From positions 14,260,001 to 14,324,000 of the forward strand of contig NC_043000.1 of NCBI RefSeq assembly GCF_006345805.1: a stretch of 64,000 bases of DNA, written 5' to 3'. Below, piece after piece: positions 48,572 through 61,851 of the stretch (its first letter is position 1; each line of letters opens with the position of its first letter). Origin of the DNA: Octopus sinensis (Eukaryota). Below the pieces are notes generated by a model that saw only the letters and a list, made by a program, of their open reading frames with translations, made no database searches and was not told the DNA's origin. A program made the translations under genes and the position numbers.

Positions 48572-49685
48572 CTTGCGTCGGAAAAAAAGTGAACGAAAAT
48601 ATTCGTAAATGATCATAATGAAATGTGGATTCCTTTATAAAAAATTATAGAAGACACATTTTATCATGTCATTTTAAAAAAGATATACAACTTTGAATGA
48701 GGCTGTTACCATACAGCAGAAGTTGTATAATCATTTTAGTCAAATTATATACATGGCAACGAAAATAGATATTTTACATACATTTTTTGCAAATGCCTTT
48801 TAATAAATTTTTAAATACACCAAAAGCAACTAGTTATACATGTTCTTTCAGCGATAGTTTATTTTCTGTCTGAAATATTGAATGTAACACTAAAAAAACT
48901 AAGTTTGATTACGACCAGACATGTTAATTTTACTACATTTTAATACTTTTTGCTTTTTTTTCTTGTATGAATTCCATGGTGGCTTAAAAACATTATGTGT
49001 GTTTATAGATTGAAATCTCAAAGGAAAATTTACTTCAATAAAGACATTTGAGTGTTTAGTCCTTTAAATCAACAGTATTTTACTGATATATATTTTATTA
49101 ACTTCAAGAGGATGTGAAGTAAACTTGAAGTTTGGACTGAAAGCTGTTTGTGCCTGCCCACTGCATTCATGTGTCATCTATATTATGTAGATATACACGT
49201 GTCTTTTTAAGAAATTACAGTTTTTGACAGGATAGGGTGAAGTTGTTGGAATCGAGCTTAACGTATCATACATGTAGCAGGAATATTAGCAAAGACCCAA
49301 ACACGATGCATCGAACCTGAAATCGCCGTGTTCGATAGTGAAATTAAACTGTAAACACCAAACAGGATTTTGTCAGGATTGATGACGTCAGCAAGCGACT
49401 AGCCATTCAGGCATTTTGTAAACACAAAAACTTGTTTTTATCAGTAGCTGGGCTGACAGGCAAAAAATATAGATCCAGAAAATGCTTAACTCGATAGAAT
49501 CCCAGTTGTTGTAAACAACCTAACCGTTTTTGGATAAACAATATCTTGAATATTTGAAGGGTGAATAACAGAGTCGGTGACGATAGGACTTAAATATGCA
49601 CTTGTGAAAAGTATTTAAGATTTTTCTTCCTGCTGACTATCGTTTCTATCAAATCACCACTTTCATATTGTTCTAGAGATATATA

Positions 49686-50112
49686 CGAAGGGTGACCTGC
49701 TGTGCTTGAGGAGACCTATTGAGTCAAGTACATCAATATCAAAATAAATATCAAATGGAAATTGTAGTTGTGTTACCTGTACCGGTGACACGTAAAAAGC
49801 ACCATCCGAACGTGACCGATGCCGACGCCGCTTTGACTGGCTTCCGTGCCTGTGGCACGTAGAAAGCGCCAACCGATCGTGGACGCTGCCAGCCTCCCCT
49901 GGCACCTGTGCTGGTGGCACTTAAAAAGCACCCACTACACTCACGGAGTGCTTGGCGTTAGGAAGGGCATCCAGCAGTAGAAACACTGCCAGATCAAGAT
50001 TGAAGCCTGGTGCAGCCTCCTGGCTTCCCAGACCCTGGTCGATCCGTCCAACCCGTGCAAGCACGGAAAACGGACGTTGAACGATGATGATGAAGATGAT
50101 GTTGTTGATGAT
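49686..50112 (+). mobile_element. SINE-D (Nin-like domain)
   Basis: Three internal ggcacgtaaaaagcac-type repeats, ggcgttaggaagggcatccag, (GAT)n tail. Confidence 0.85.
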
Positions 50113-50266
50113 GAGTCAATGTAAAAAAATATAAAGCATCCTCTGACTGGATCTTCTTTGACTTCGACACACCTAGCATCGATAAATGAAGATATTTACG
50201 ATAAATGCAAGGATTTAAGCATAAATACACCGCCTCCATCCCTTCTATACCTTACGTTGTCTACTC

Positions 50267-51396
50267 CAGTGGTTCTCAACATTGGGCCTGGGAAAATTTT
50301 GAGTGGGCTTGGGAATATTTTGAGCGTGCCAGAGAAAATTTTGAGAGGGCCTTGGAAATCTTCTGGATGCTCGCTTTACCGAAGAGCTGACGAGAAGAAA
50401 TGCTCTTTATGAAAGCATTAACTGATACAAAGTGTGCGATTATATTTGAAGCCGTTAAATCTTATTTTGAAGAAAAAGACCGATTCAAGGACGCGGTACA
50501 ACGATAGTGGACTGTACCGAGAAGATACGGTCATTCATAAACAAGCTTGGTTTATGGGTAATTCAGCTTCAAAGGGGCTAATTTGCCTTTTCAGTCATCT
50601 TGTTAAAACAGACCCATCAGAAGCTGTAATCATCAGCTCTGTCAGCCATTTGAAGAGCTTGCAAATGGATATGAGTAGACGCTTTCAAGATATACTCGAC
50701 TTGAAGTCACCGAAGTGGCTTTTTGACTGTCATTATGATGTTATTAGCGATCAGGATCTTAATCCCAAACTTGAAACCGAACTTCTTGATCTTAAGAAGA
50801 ATGCAATCTTAATGACGAAGTTGGATAGGGAAGGTCTTCGTAGTTGGCTGCATGTAAAGACATTTCCAATACTTTTCCATGAAGCAATCCCGTTCCTCCT
50901 CTGCTTCCAACATCCTGGTTAACTGAAGCTGGATTTGCTGCAGTGAGCGACATTTTCACAAAAAAAAAACAAAAAAAAACAAACAAACAACCCGAATGTT
51001 CTTCAAATTGCGAAAAGAGGAGATTTGGTCTCAAGCTGAACCAATCCTTTGAAGTTCAAATTGATAATCTAATTGAAAAGTACCAACCGCAAAGTAGCTA
51101 TTAATCTGCTTCTTCATTTCTTGTAAATAAAAATGTAAATGTACTTTTCTTCCATTTTTAGATGGGATGTTTTACTTGTAGGTTCCATAAACAAGAAGAT
51201 ATTATAATACTGATGTAATATCTATTTAACGATTGTAATTGTATCCGTACACGAAGCTGGCATGTGGAAACAATTATTACTTTATGGGGTTTATATTCCG
51301 GAAAAGGGTCGGATAACTGGTTTAGAGGTCAGTGGGCCTGGGATTTTGTTTATCATAAAAAGTGGGCCCGAAGGTGAAAGATGTTGAGAACCACTG
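50267..51396 (+). mobile_element. Internally deleted hAT/Charlie (Buster-like) transposon with transposase 3' remnant
   Basis: cagtggttctcaac / gttgagaaccactg TIRs; TSD gtctactc/gtctatac; HLKSLQMDMSRRFQDI, PTSWLTEAGFAAV, KRGDL motifs across frameshifts. Confidence 0.88.
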
Positions 51397-51699
51397 GTCT
51401 ATACTACTGAAATTTCTATTTCAAGCCCGTCTCAACACTGTTTTATTCTTTTCTTCTGTTTCTTCTTGACATATCTGTTCTAGCCTTAGAACACTGCACT
51501 TTACCAAATCCGCTCTTCCTCCTAAATCGGCTCTCTGAAAATCATCCTCTCTAATCTATGGAAATCCCACCCAAACTCCTTCTTAGATCATAGATTTTCG
51601 CTCGCCAAAGCCATACTGTCTAGACTAGACAAGAAAATTTATTTACAAAAATGCAGGCCTACATTTTTCAACCTGACATGCCCGCTTTCAGCTAAGAGT

Positions 51700-52250
51700 T
51701 AGAAACAGAAAAGAAATAGAGCAGAGAAGGACTTTTCTTTATGGGAAACTCAAATCAATCGACAGTTCCATTCCAACGCAGGTTCAAAAATACCCAAAGT
51801 GTGTATGGAGTTCCATGACACATAAGTAAAGAGGGAAAACAGAAGACAGTATTTGCTTTGTGCACCGATAAAGATGAGGTTAAGAGGCTGTAAAATATAT
51901 ATTATATTCCTCCGACAGGTTAGCTATAACTGTTGGACTACATGTAACGAAAATCACAACAAATGACGTGTCGTCCAACAAAAACGCAGATGTTCAAATA
52001 ATTAAGCTATAAAAATATGAGGATATTATAAAACCCAAATTGACAACCTACCAGAAATGTTTGGGCGTTCAGGCAGAGGTGCAGATGTTAGTTACTCTTA
52101 CAAACTACCTGAAGATTACCGACCTCAATTATGTGAAAAGTGGGTATCAAAGGAGAGCTGTAGTGGATGGAAAGGGCTTAGAAGTTACACACGCGTCAGC
52201 CAAGACCACGAGTGTTCACAGGAAAAAAGGGATGAACCAATTTTTGCTAC
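51700..52250 (+). pseudogene. Heavily degraded LINE ORF1 remnant
   Basis: EIEQRRTFLYGKLKSID / HISKEGKQKTVFAL / VVDGKG..SYTRVSQDH.EC loosely parallel the ORF1 at 4025-5213; many stops. Confidence 0.3.
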
Positions 52251-52635
52251 CACAACCACCAAAACAACATCAACAACAACTACAAAAACCAACCAAGAAC
52301 AGACTCAATCGCAGAAGGGACTTGTCACACGAGCGCCTACATTAAGCAAAATGCCCCACCTTGAAAAACGACACAACAAAATACAAGTACAAGCATATGA
52401 AGGTAGCTGGTTGGCGGCTTCTTTGATATCTCATTATACTTGAGAGAGGTATTGTGTCCAGGAGCACATTATGCGATTTATGCGATTTCCGGCAGGTGTT
52501 TCCACGAGTACCTCAACGTCATGTGATAGGTCGTAGAGATGTGGGAGTAAAAGAGCTCGCTTTTTGATTAGTTTAAAGCTTTCAATGGAGTCGACCATCA
52601 TAGTGACTGTTAACAGTGCAGTCAGTCTCTATTTT

Positions 52636-53080
52636 TTTTTTACTACCCACAAGGGGCTAAACACAGAGGGGACAAACAAGGACAGACAAAGGGGTTAAGT
52701 CGTTTACATCGACCCCAGTGCGTAACTGGTACTTAATTTATCGACCTCGAAAGGATGAAAGCAAAGTCGACCTCGGCGGAATTTGAACTCAGAACGTAAC
52801 GGCAGACGAAATACGGCTACGCATTTCGCCCGGCGTGCTAACGTTTCTTATTTCTTTATTGCCCACAAGGGGCTAAACATAGAGAGGACAAATAAGGACA
52901 GACAAAGGGGTTAAGTCGTTTACATCGACCCCAGTGCGTAACTGGTACTTAATTTATCGATCCGAAAGGATGAAAGGCAAAGTCGACCTCGGCGGTATTT
53001 GAACTCGGAACGTAACGACAGACGAAATACGGCTACGCATTTCGCCCGGCGTGCTAACGTTTCTGCCAACTCGCCGCCCT
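52636..53080 (-). mobile_element. SINE-B dimer
   Basis: TSD cagtcagtctctatttt (17 bp); second unit restarts at agaaacgttagc. Confidence 0.92.
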
Positions 53081-53559
53081 CAGTCAGTCTCTATTTTAAG
53101 GGCCGAATTGCTTCAACGCAGAATCAGCTCGCGGTTAGACTAAATTACTACCTGTCGGTACCATTTATAATCCTAACGCCAGTCTGTCATGAGTGTCCTC
53201 TCTCATTACTCACGTATATTTTCGATCTTGGATCAATGCTGCAGAAACTAGAGTTGTTGAAAGGACGCTCGATATAAAATCTCATTCTAACTGATATGCG
53301 TAAAAGTTGTGCCAGCATAGAGTAATCGCAGTCACCTTCATAGAGTAGGACACTTCGGAAATCAGTGTAATGTTGTGTCTTGCCCAAGTTTTTATCCAAG
53401 TAGATATGAGCGCCATGTGCTTTGAGTACGTTTTCTCATAACTCGTGCTTGAGCAGATCTATGATCTCTGTCGGGGTTGAAATCCTGGGTCAAGTGAAAA
53501 CCAAGACTGAGAGATTGACATCTGAAATGTTGTTAGGCGTTCACAATTCTCTGCAATGC

Positions 53560-53753
53560 GAATATTGCAACGTTGATATTTGCAATCTATAGAGTTGGTG
53601 GCGAGCAAAAACGACGACGTTTTCGGGAAGACAATGAACTTCAATAAAAATTATCTGAGTTAATTTTATTGACGTTCATAGTCTTCCCGAAAACGTCGTC
53701 GTTTTTGCTCGCCACCAACTCTGTAGATTGCAAATATCAACGTTGCAATATTC
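53560..53753. repeat. 194-bp near-perfect hairpin (about 93-bp arms, 7-nt loop)
   Basis: gaatattgcaacg...tcaataaaaatta-tctgagt-taattttattga...cgttgcaatattc; 3 mismatches plus 1 indel. Confidence 0.95.
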
Positions 53754-54362
53754 AGAAGTGCTTTCAGTCTAATGACCATGGTCAATTTTCAGGAATCCCT
53801 GGTTTTGTAGCGCTATCGGAAGGCATTACATATGCAAATAAAATCTCCCGGTACGTTACTACGTTCATGGAATACGCAGTGACGTACCAGTCCGTGATGC
53901 GTGCAGAGTGACGGAATCGTTCTTCGCGCACTAGAACAATGTCCAAACATTCACTGATTGATGAAATTATGTCCAACAAGGGCTACACGTGTTATCAGCT
54001 TTTGGTTCAGATCTTCGCGAGGACCAAGAAGGGCTGAGCCCTTTCTGGTAGTTATGATGGATGGCGATGCGTGGTAGCAATGAATGGCAGGACTGAGTAC
54101 ACACATTTCTCTCCCTTTAATTAAGCCCTCATCAATTTCTTCCCGTTCCACTTAAAGAGGAAGATGAAGGCGGAGAAAAAAGTGCTGCTTACCACTACCA
54201 CAACCACCATCAACATTTGCCTTCACCATTACTCCAAATACCATCACCATCACTATCACAAATATCACCATCACCATCAACATCAAACGATGAAACTTGT
54301 AACGCAAGTAGTTTCCTTTGCTTGATGTAGCAGCTAAATTTCCTTTAAATCACACACTACCG

Positions 54363-54513
54363 CCGGCATGGGTAACCTCTTTCAAGCAGCGGGACACATA
54401 AGACATGCTGCTCATTATCAGGCGGGCCGCACTACAAAAATCATTTAGTGGCAATTTTTTTTGTTAGGTGTGCCATTCAAAGAGTTCCGTGGGTCACATT
54501 TTGCCCATGACTG
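54363..54513. mobile_element. Degraded hAT MITE
   Basis: ccggcatgggtaa / ttgcccatgactg imperfect TIRs; TSD unclear. Confidence 0.4.
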
Positions 54514-54607
54514 ATCACCGTCTTATGTAAAAAAAGGTACCCACTGTTTTATATTTTTCTCACACAATGGTTCTCAACCGGCGTCCATACGACCCTTATG
54601 GGGTCTA

Positions 54608-54853
54608 TACTCTTTTACTCTTTTACTCTTTTACTTGTTTCAGTCATTTGATTGTGGCCGTGCTGGAGCACCGCCTTTAGTCGAGCAAATCGACCCCAGG
54701 ACTTTGTAAGCCTAGTACTTATTCTATCGGTCTCTTTTGCTGAACCGCTAAGTTACGGAGACGTAAACATACCAGCATCGGTTGTCAAGCGATGTTAGGG
54801 GAACACACACACACACACACACTCACACATATACACACACACACACACATTAT

Positions 54854-54884
<31 letters not shown>

Positions 54885-54888
54885 CTAT

Positions 54889-54900
<12 letters not shown>
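54608..54900 (-). mobile_element. SINE-A 3' half
   Basis: Family match ending in (CA)n/(TA)n. Confidence 0.88.
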
Positions 54901-54956
<56 letters not shown>

Positions 54957-55089
54957 AGATTTTGTTGCTTAAATTTATCTGCAACAAATTGGTTATACAT
55001 CTACAATACACAAAATATTTTAATAATTTTTCTTTTTTAAATACAATTCCTAATAGCATTTTATTATAAAAATATAATAGGATATTTAC

Positions 55090-55134
55090 TGAAAGAAGCC
55101 CGTCGTATGTGTGCGTGCGTGCGTGCGTGCGTGC

Positions 55135-55187
<53 letters not shown>

Positions 55188-55415
55188 TGAGTCTTTATGC
55201 CAGTTTATCGTCCCACCACAGCCACTTGATAACCAGTGTTGGTGTGTTTGTGTTCCCGTAACTTAGCGGTTCGGTAAAAGAGACTGATAGAACAAGTACC
55301 AGGCTTTAAAAGAAAAAAAAATAGTACTGCGGTCGATTCGTTCGACTAAAATTCTTTCAGGTGGTGTCCCAGCATGGCCGCATTTTAATGACTGAAATAA
55401 GTCAAAGATAAAAGA
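55090..55415 (+). mobile_element. Older SINE-A 3' half
   Basis: ctgaaagaagcccgtcg ... ccagcatggccgca...gactgaaa. Confidence 0.75.
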
Positions 55416-56614
55416 TCACCACCAAAGCCACAAGTACCTAAGTACCATAACAGCTGTAACCATCACTACCCTCACCACGAGCATCTTCTTCGCCATCCCT
55501 ACCACAACTATTGCAGCCACCACCATCATTGCCATTAGTAATATTGCCCACATCATCCAAAGTATCACCACCACAACCACCACCACTACAACCGCCAACA
55601 TCTTCACCACCGTCGTCCATACTGTTCACACTACAAACCATTCAGCGATCCATTTTCTTTTGATGAAATATTTGCTATTTGCTGTTCAACATGATTTGCT
55701 GGGGTCACTGTCCACTTTGTGTCGTCTGCTTTGCTGGAACACTACGACTTCCTTCCGTCTCTCTCCCGCCTTCTCTTTTTTCTCTTACCACTCTCACCTT
55801 CCCTGTCTCTTTCTCACACTTTCTCTCCCTTCTCTCTATTTCGTACCCCTCCTTCCTCCACGCCTTTCCTCCCTCCCGTCTTTCTCCCCCACTCTCTCCC
55901 TTCCACCCTCTGTCTTTTCCTCTTTCTCTCCCTCTCTCTCATCTCTCTCTCTCTCGCCACATTTCTCTCTTTTCCTCTCACAATTGGATCATCTCTCTTA
56001 CTATCCATTATATATTTTTCTTTCGTTCCTTTTTTTTCACCCCGTTTCTTTTATTCTTACTTTATTCCCCTTTCTCTTTGTGTCTCTTTTTTTCTTTAAT
56101 CCAACAACTGCATGTCCCTGTCTCTGCTTCTCTGTCTCTCCCTGTCTCTCTCTCTCTCTTCCTGTCTCTCTCTCTCTCTACCCCTGTCTCTCTCTCTCTC
56201 TCTCTCAATTTATCTATTTATCTGTCTGTTTGACTCTTAATCTGTATGCAAGTTTATATGAATGAATGAATAAATCTTCCTTTCCCTCCTGTTATATTTA
56301 TATGTGTGCGTGTGTGCATATGTGTGTGTGTGTGTGTGTGTGTGTCTGTGTCTGTGTACACACATATTCAGAAAGAGAGGGAGTGTGTGTAACTGTCTAT
56401 GCGTTGTGTATATATATACACATATACACATATACACACACATACACACAAACCCGCCAAATCTCCCAATTTTTTTCCCACACAACGTTATAAAGGAAGT
56501 GTGACCAAGTACGGTGAACTCAAAAACTAATAAAGACGTTCCCACTAATATTTTTTCCTTTGTAGTTTCACTGACTAAATGACTTGCTTTTAACACACAG
56601 CAACCATTTCTCAC

Positions 56615-56760
56615 ATAGCAATGAAGCCTCGGGGTGACACGCTGTTGCTGCTGCTGCTGTTGCCGCTGTCATCGTAGTCGCCCTGATTGTCGTCGCTATC
56701 GTCGAAGCTGTTTTTGTTGTTTAGCTTCAGCTCAACCCTTGATCGTGCAGATCTCTCTCT
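56615..56760 (-). CDS. Candidate low-complexity exon (RERSARSRVELKLNNKNSFDDSDD...)
   Basis: Acceptor cttttgatcag|, open frame, donor AT|gtgaga; no homology recognised. Confidence 0.15.
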
Positions 56761-57071
56761 CTGATCAAAAGCAATCTATTTATCCATCCACAGTCATCTC
56801 GTCCTTTTATGGATATGTAGAAGATTCCATTATTTAATGTGTCCTCTTCGAACGCAACACTTACACTGGATATAATTTGAAGGTTATTCGCTTCTATTTC
56901 TAGCTAGCCTGAGCGACTGCGTAAGAGATGGAAGACGTAAGAGACTATGACGTTGTAAACAGAAACGTGGAGTAGCCAGTTCCACATATAACAATGTGAG
57001 AGCAGCAGATTTCTGAAACGAAAGGTCGCAGTTTCGTATCCTGTTATGGTGACAGATACGTATATATGTCA

Positions 57072-57472
57072 TTACTCTCTTTTACATGTTTCAGTCATTT
57101 GACTGCGGCCATGTTGGAGCACCGCCTTTTAGTCGAGCAAATCGACCCCAGGACTTATTCTTTGTAAGCCTAGTACTTATTCTATCGGTCTCTTTTGCCG
57201 AACCGCTAAGTTACGGGGACGTAAACACACCAGCATCGGTTGTCAAGCGATGTTGGGGGAGGGACAAACACAGACACACAAACATATACACACACATACA
57301 TGTATACATATATACGACAGGCTTCTTTCAGTTTCCGTCTACCAAATTCACTCACAAGGATTTGGTCGACCCGAGGCTACAGTTAAAGACACTTGCCCAA
57401 GGTGCCACGCAGTGGGACTGAACCCGGAACCATGTGATTGGTAAGCAGGGTACTTACCACACAGCCACTCCT
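57072..57472 (-). mobile_element. SINE-A
   Basis: Family match. Confidence 0.92.
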
Positions 57473-57523
57473 CAGTTTTATTTCAAGATTTCTTGCCAAT
57501 AGAAAGGATCCACCAACGACAAG

Positions 57524-57554
<31 letters not shown>

Positions 57555-57937
57555 TGTATGTATGTATGTATGTATGTATGTATGTATGTATGTTTTATGC
57601 ATGTATTTTCATGCATATAGTTGCATATGTAGACATGCTCATATATACCTAAATGATAAACTTCTGGAAAGTTTTACAGATTTTTACAGTTCCAGTGATG
57701 GCTTGGATCTTAGTCTTCGAATCAGCTTTCTCCCTTCTGGTTTTGAAAAGCCTAATTTCTCAAGATCGGTGTTTAGGCAGTATGTTACGAACCCTAGCGC
57801 CCCAATAATCACAAGTATAAACCTGAACTTGTAATCATTATTCAGCCTATATTTCAAGATTTCTTGCCAATAGAGAAAGAGCTGGTTTCTAATCTAGATA
57901 CAAGGCTCCTCTCTAGAATTTCAACAATATCAACAGG

Positions 57938-57968
<31 letters not shown>

Positions 57969-58873
57969 TGTATGTATGTATGTATGCATGCATGTATGCA
58001 TGCATGTATGTATGCATGTATGCATGTATGTATGTATGTATGTATGTATGTATGCATGTATGCATGCATGTATGTATGCATGTATGCATGCATGCATGTA
58101 TGTATGTATGTATGTATGTATGCATGCATGCATGTATGTATGTATGTATGTATGTATGTATGCATGTATGTATGTATGCATGTATGCATGTATGTATGTA
58201 TGTATGCATGTATGTATGTATGTATGCATGTATGCATGTATGCATGCATGTATATATGTGTGTATGTATGTATGTATGCATGCATGCATGTATGTATGTA
58301 TGTATGTATGTATGTATGCATGTATGCATGTATGCATGCATGTATGTATGTATGTATGTATGTATGCATGCATGCATGCATGTATGTATGTATGTATGCA
58401 TGTATGCATGTATGCATGCATGTATGTATGTATGTATGTATGTATGTATGTATGTGTGTATGTATGCATGCATGTATGTATGTAAGTATGTATGTATATA
58501 TGTATGTATGTATGCATGCATGCATGCATGTATGTATGTATGTATGTATGCATGTATGCATGCATGCATGTATGTAGTATGTATGTATGTATGTATATAT
58601 GTATGTATGTATGTATGCATGTATGTGTGTGTATTTATGTATGGATGTATCTATATATGTTTATATGTGTGCATGTATGAAGGTGTGTATGTATGTATGT
58701 ATGTATATTATGTATGTTTGTATGTTTGTATGTAGGTGTGTATGCATGTATGTATGTATGCATGAATGTATGAATGCATGTATATGTTTGTGTGTGTGCG
58801 TGTATTGATGTATGAATGTATGTATGCATGTATTTTATTTATATGTGTGTATGTATGTAGGTGTGTATATATG
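57938..58873. repeat. (TATG/CATG)n tract
   Basis: Direct reading; a shorter block lies at 57526-57592. Confidence 0.95.
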
Positions 58874-58875
58874 TA

Positions 58876-60145
58876 CGAGGGGCGTTCAATAAGTAATGCC
58901 CCTGACCCACTTGCAGTTGTTTGATCTAGCTGAAATTTTGCATGTGCACTTATTTATACCTCTATAGATTAAGTGGCGAATTTCAGCTCTGAACTAATTG
59001 TGGTTTCTGATTTACAGGTGTTTGAACTGAGTCAAGTGTGAAATGGAGCATGTTGAGTGTCGAGCAGTGATCTGGTTTTTGTATTTGAAAGGACGCACAC
59101 CACGGGAGACTTTTGATGAAATGAAAGTAACTTATGGTGATGATGCCCCATCATATGACCTTGTAAAACGCTGGCATTGTGAATTCAAACATAGTCGGAA
59201 CTCTGTGGAAACAGCTCCCAGATCTGGTCGCCCCTTTCTGCCGTTGATGAGACGTCTGTCCGTCAAGTTGAGGCTGCCATTTTTGAAGGTCAACACATAA
59301 CTATTCGCCAAATAGCCCATAAGGTCAAGATTAGTACCGGGTCTGTGGAAACTATCATTCATGACCATTTGCATATGCAAAAGGTGTCTGCCAGATGGAT
59401 TTCCAGGTTGCTCACACCTTTCCAGAAGCAAGAACGCGTTGAGTGCTCGAGGATGAATTTGGAGATGTGCCAAGAAGATGAGTCAAAATTTTTCAAAAGA
59501 CTGATCACACAGGATAAAACCTGGGTCCATCACTATGATCCATAGACCAAAGCCCAGTCAATGCAGTGAAAGCACCGTGACTCACCTCCTCCAAAGAAGG
59601 TAAGGGTGCAGCCCTCCGCTGACAAGGTTATGCTCACAGTCTTCTGGGACCAGGACGGAGTAGTGATGACAGATTTCCTGGTAAAGGGTACCACAATTAC
59701 AGGAGCCTATTATGCTTCACTTTTGAGGAAATTAAGAGAAGCTATCAAAATCAAGAGGCGGGGCAAGATCAGCAAAGGCATCCTCCTCCTGCAGGACAAC
59801 GCTCCGGTCCACAACTCGCGTGTCGCCAGATCAGAAGCACAGGCGTGCAGCTATGAACTCCTCCCCTTGCACCCTCTGATTTTCACCTCTTCCCAGCCAT
59901 GAAGTTGATTTTGAAAGGAAGCGTTTTCCCAGATGATGCAGCCTTGATTTCTGAAGTCACGTCGTGGTTGGAGGACCAAGCTGGGGTCTTCTACGAAAAC
60001 GGTCTCCAGAGCTGTATCAAACGATGGGAGAAATGCATAACTCTGGGTAGTTCCTATGTAGGAAAAGACTAATAACTGTGCCAAGTGTCGTTGCTCTACT
60101 GCTATGGGAAGTGGGTCAGGGGCATTACTTATTGAACGCCCCTCG
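58876..60145 (+). mobile_element. Full-length mariner transposon (1270 bp), irritans-like termini
   Basis: Perfect 37-bp TIRs cgaggggcgttcaataagtaatgcccctgacccactt; TA TSD. Confidence 0.97.
59043..60072 (+). pseudogene. Mariner DD34D transposase pseudogene
   Basis: MEHVECRAVIWFL..., KVSARWI, ITQDKTWVHHYDP*, QDNAPVH; frameshift near 59235, two in-frame stops, YSPD region deleted. Confidence 0.95.
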
Positions 60146-60328
60146 TATGTATGCATGCATGTATATATCTATGCGTGCATGAATGTATGTTCCCTTCTGT
60201 TTTAATGATTTGAAGTCTTGTAAGGAAGGAGCTGGTTTCTGTCAAAGATACAAAGATATATCGTTGGAATGTAGATAACAAAACAAATTCATATTTTGAG
60301 ACATGTCTTACATATAGTCGCTATTCTT

Positions 60329-60716
60329 GTGGAGGCGCAATGGCCCAGTGGTTAGGGCAGCGGATTCGCGGTCATAGGATCGCGGTTTCGATTCCCAGAC
60401 TGGGCGTTGTGAGTGTTTATTGAGCCAAAACACCTAAAAAAGCTCCACGAGGCTCCGGCAGAGGATGGTGGTGATCCCTGCTGTACTCTTTCACCACAAC
60501 TTTCTCTCACTCTTACTTTCTGTTTCTGTTGTACCTGTATTTCAAGGGGCCGGCCTTGTCACTCTCTGTGTCACGCTGAATATCCCCGAGAACTACGTTA
60601 AATGTGCACGTGTCTGTGGAGTGCTCAGCCACTTACACGTTAATTTCACGAGCAGGCTGTTCCGTTGATTCGGATCAACCGGAACCCTCATCGTAGTAAC
60701 CGACGGAGTGCTTCCA
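60329..60716 (+). mobile_element. SINE-C
   Basis: TSD atagtcgctattc; near-identical to 20036-20418. Confidence 0.93.
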
Positions 60717-60928
60717 CATAGTCGCTATTCCGCTTAAAGGAATATGTAGCTGCTGGATTTCTTTTTATGAAAACCCGAGCTTTCCAAATTGGCACTTCGC
60801 AAAACCTGGTATACTAGTTATTCGTATAAATGTAATCTGGGAATAGAAGATGACAGTTACGAAGTAGTTGTCCATAGTAATCCTCTTTCTCTTTATTTGT
60901 ACGTATGTACGTATTTATGTTTGTATGC

Positions 60929-61256
60929 AGACTCAAGAGTCATCTTCGTAGTCATAAAATGAGACAGATGAGTGACAACCTGGCCACTGGTGGTGGTGTT
61001 ACACACCATACTAGTCATATCTGTCAGGCATGTGGAAGAGAGTGTAATTCGACAGGAGAACTTAAACGACATGCAAAGGTACATGGAGCCCAGTTACAAC
61101 TACAGCCGGCTATTACCGGTAAAGGTTTTAGCTGCCAATTCTGTACAAGACATTGTAGATCTTTAGCTGCGCTAAAAAGTCACATTCGATCACAGCACCA
61201 ATAACAGTTAAGCTTCGTGTAATAGCCATACTCGGTAACGAGGGGGCAGCCATCAT
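60929..61256 (+). mobile_element. 5'-truncated RTE-like LINE 3' end encoding C-terminal C2H2 zinc fingers (ORF to stop at 61204)
   Basis: ..LKSHLRSH, CQACGRECNSTGELKRHAKVH, CQFCTRHCRSLAALKSHIRSQH*; no TGEKP linkers; short 3' UTR ending gagggggcagccatcat. Confidence 0.7.
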
Positions 61257-61431
61257 GCATGTATATATACATGTATGTATGTATTTACGCATGTATTTGT
61301 CTGTCTGCCATTCTGCTTGTCTATCTACTTGTCTGTCTGTATGCATGCATGCGTGTATGTATGTATGTGTGTATGTATGTATGTATGTATGTACATACAT
61401 ACATGCAACAAAGCCCCTTCGTTGGAATGTA

Positions 61432-61643
61432 TATACTCTTTTACTCTTTTACTTGTTTCAGTCATTTGACTGTGGCCATGCTTGAGCACCACCTTTAGTC
61501 GAGCAAATCGACCCCAGGACTTATTCTTTGGAAGCTTAGTACTTATTCTATCGGTCTCTTTTGCCGAACCGCTAGTTACGGGGACGTAAACACACCAGCA
61601 TCGGTTGTTAAGCGATGTTGGAGGGGAGGCAAACACAGATACA

Positions 61644-61675
<32 letters not shown>

Positions 61676-61851
61676 ACACACACACACATATATATATCTA
61701 CTTATATACGACGGGCTTCTTTCAGTTTCCGTCTACCAAATCCACTCACAAGGCTTTGGTCAACCCGAGGCTATAGTAGAAGGAACTTGCCCAAGGTGCC
61801 ACGCAGTGGGACTGAACTCGGAACTATGTGGTACGTAAGCAAGCTACTTAC
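61432..61851 (-). mobile_element. SINE-A, 5'-truncated near the aagtagct site
   Basis: Family match ends at gctacttacc. Confidence 0.9.
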
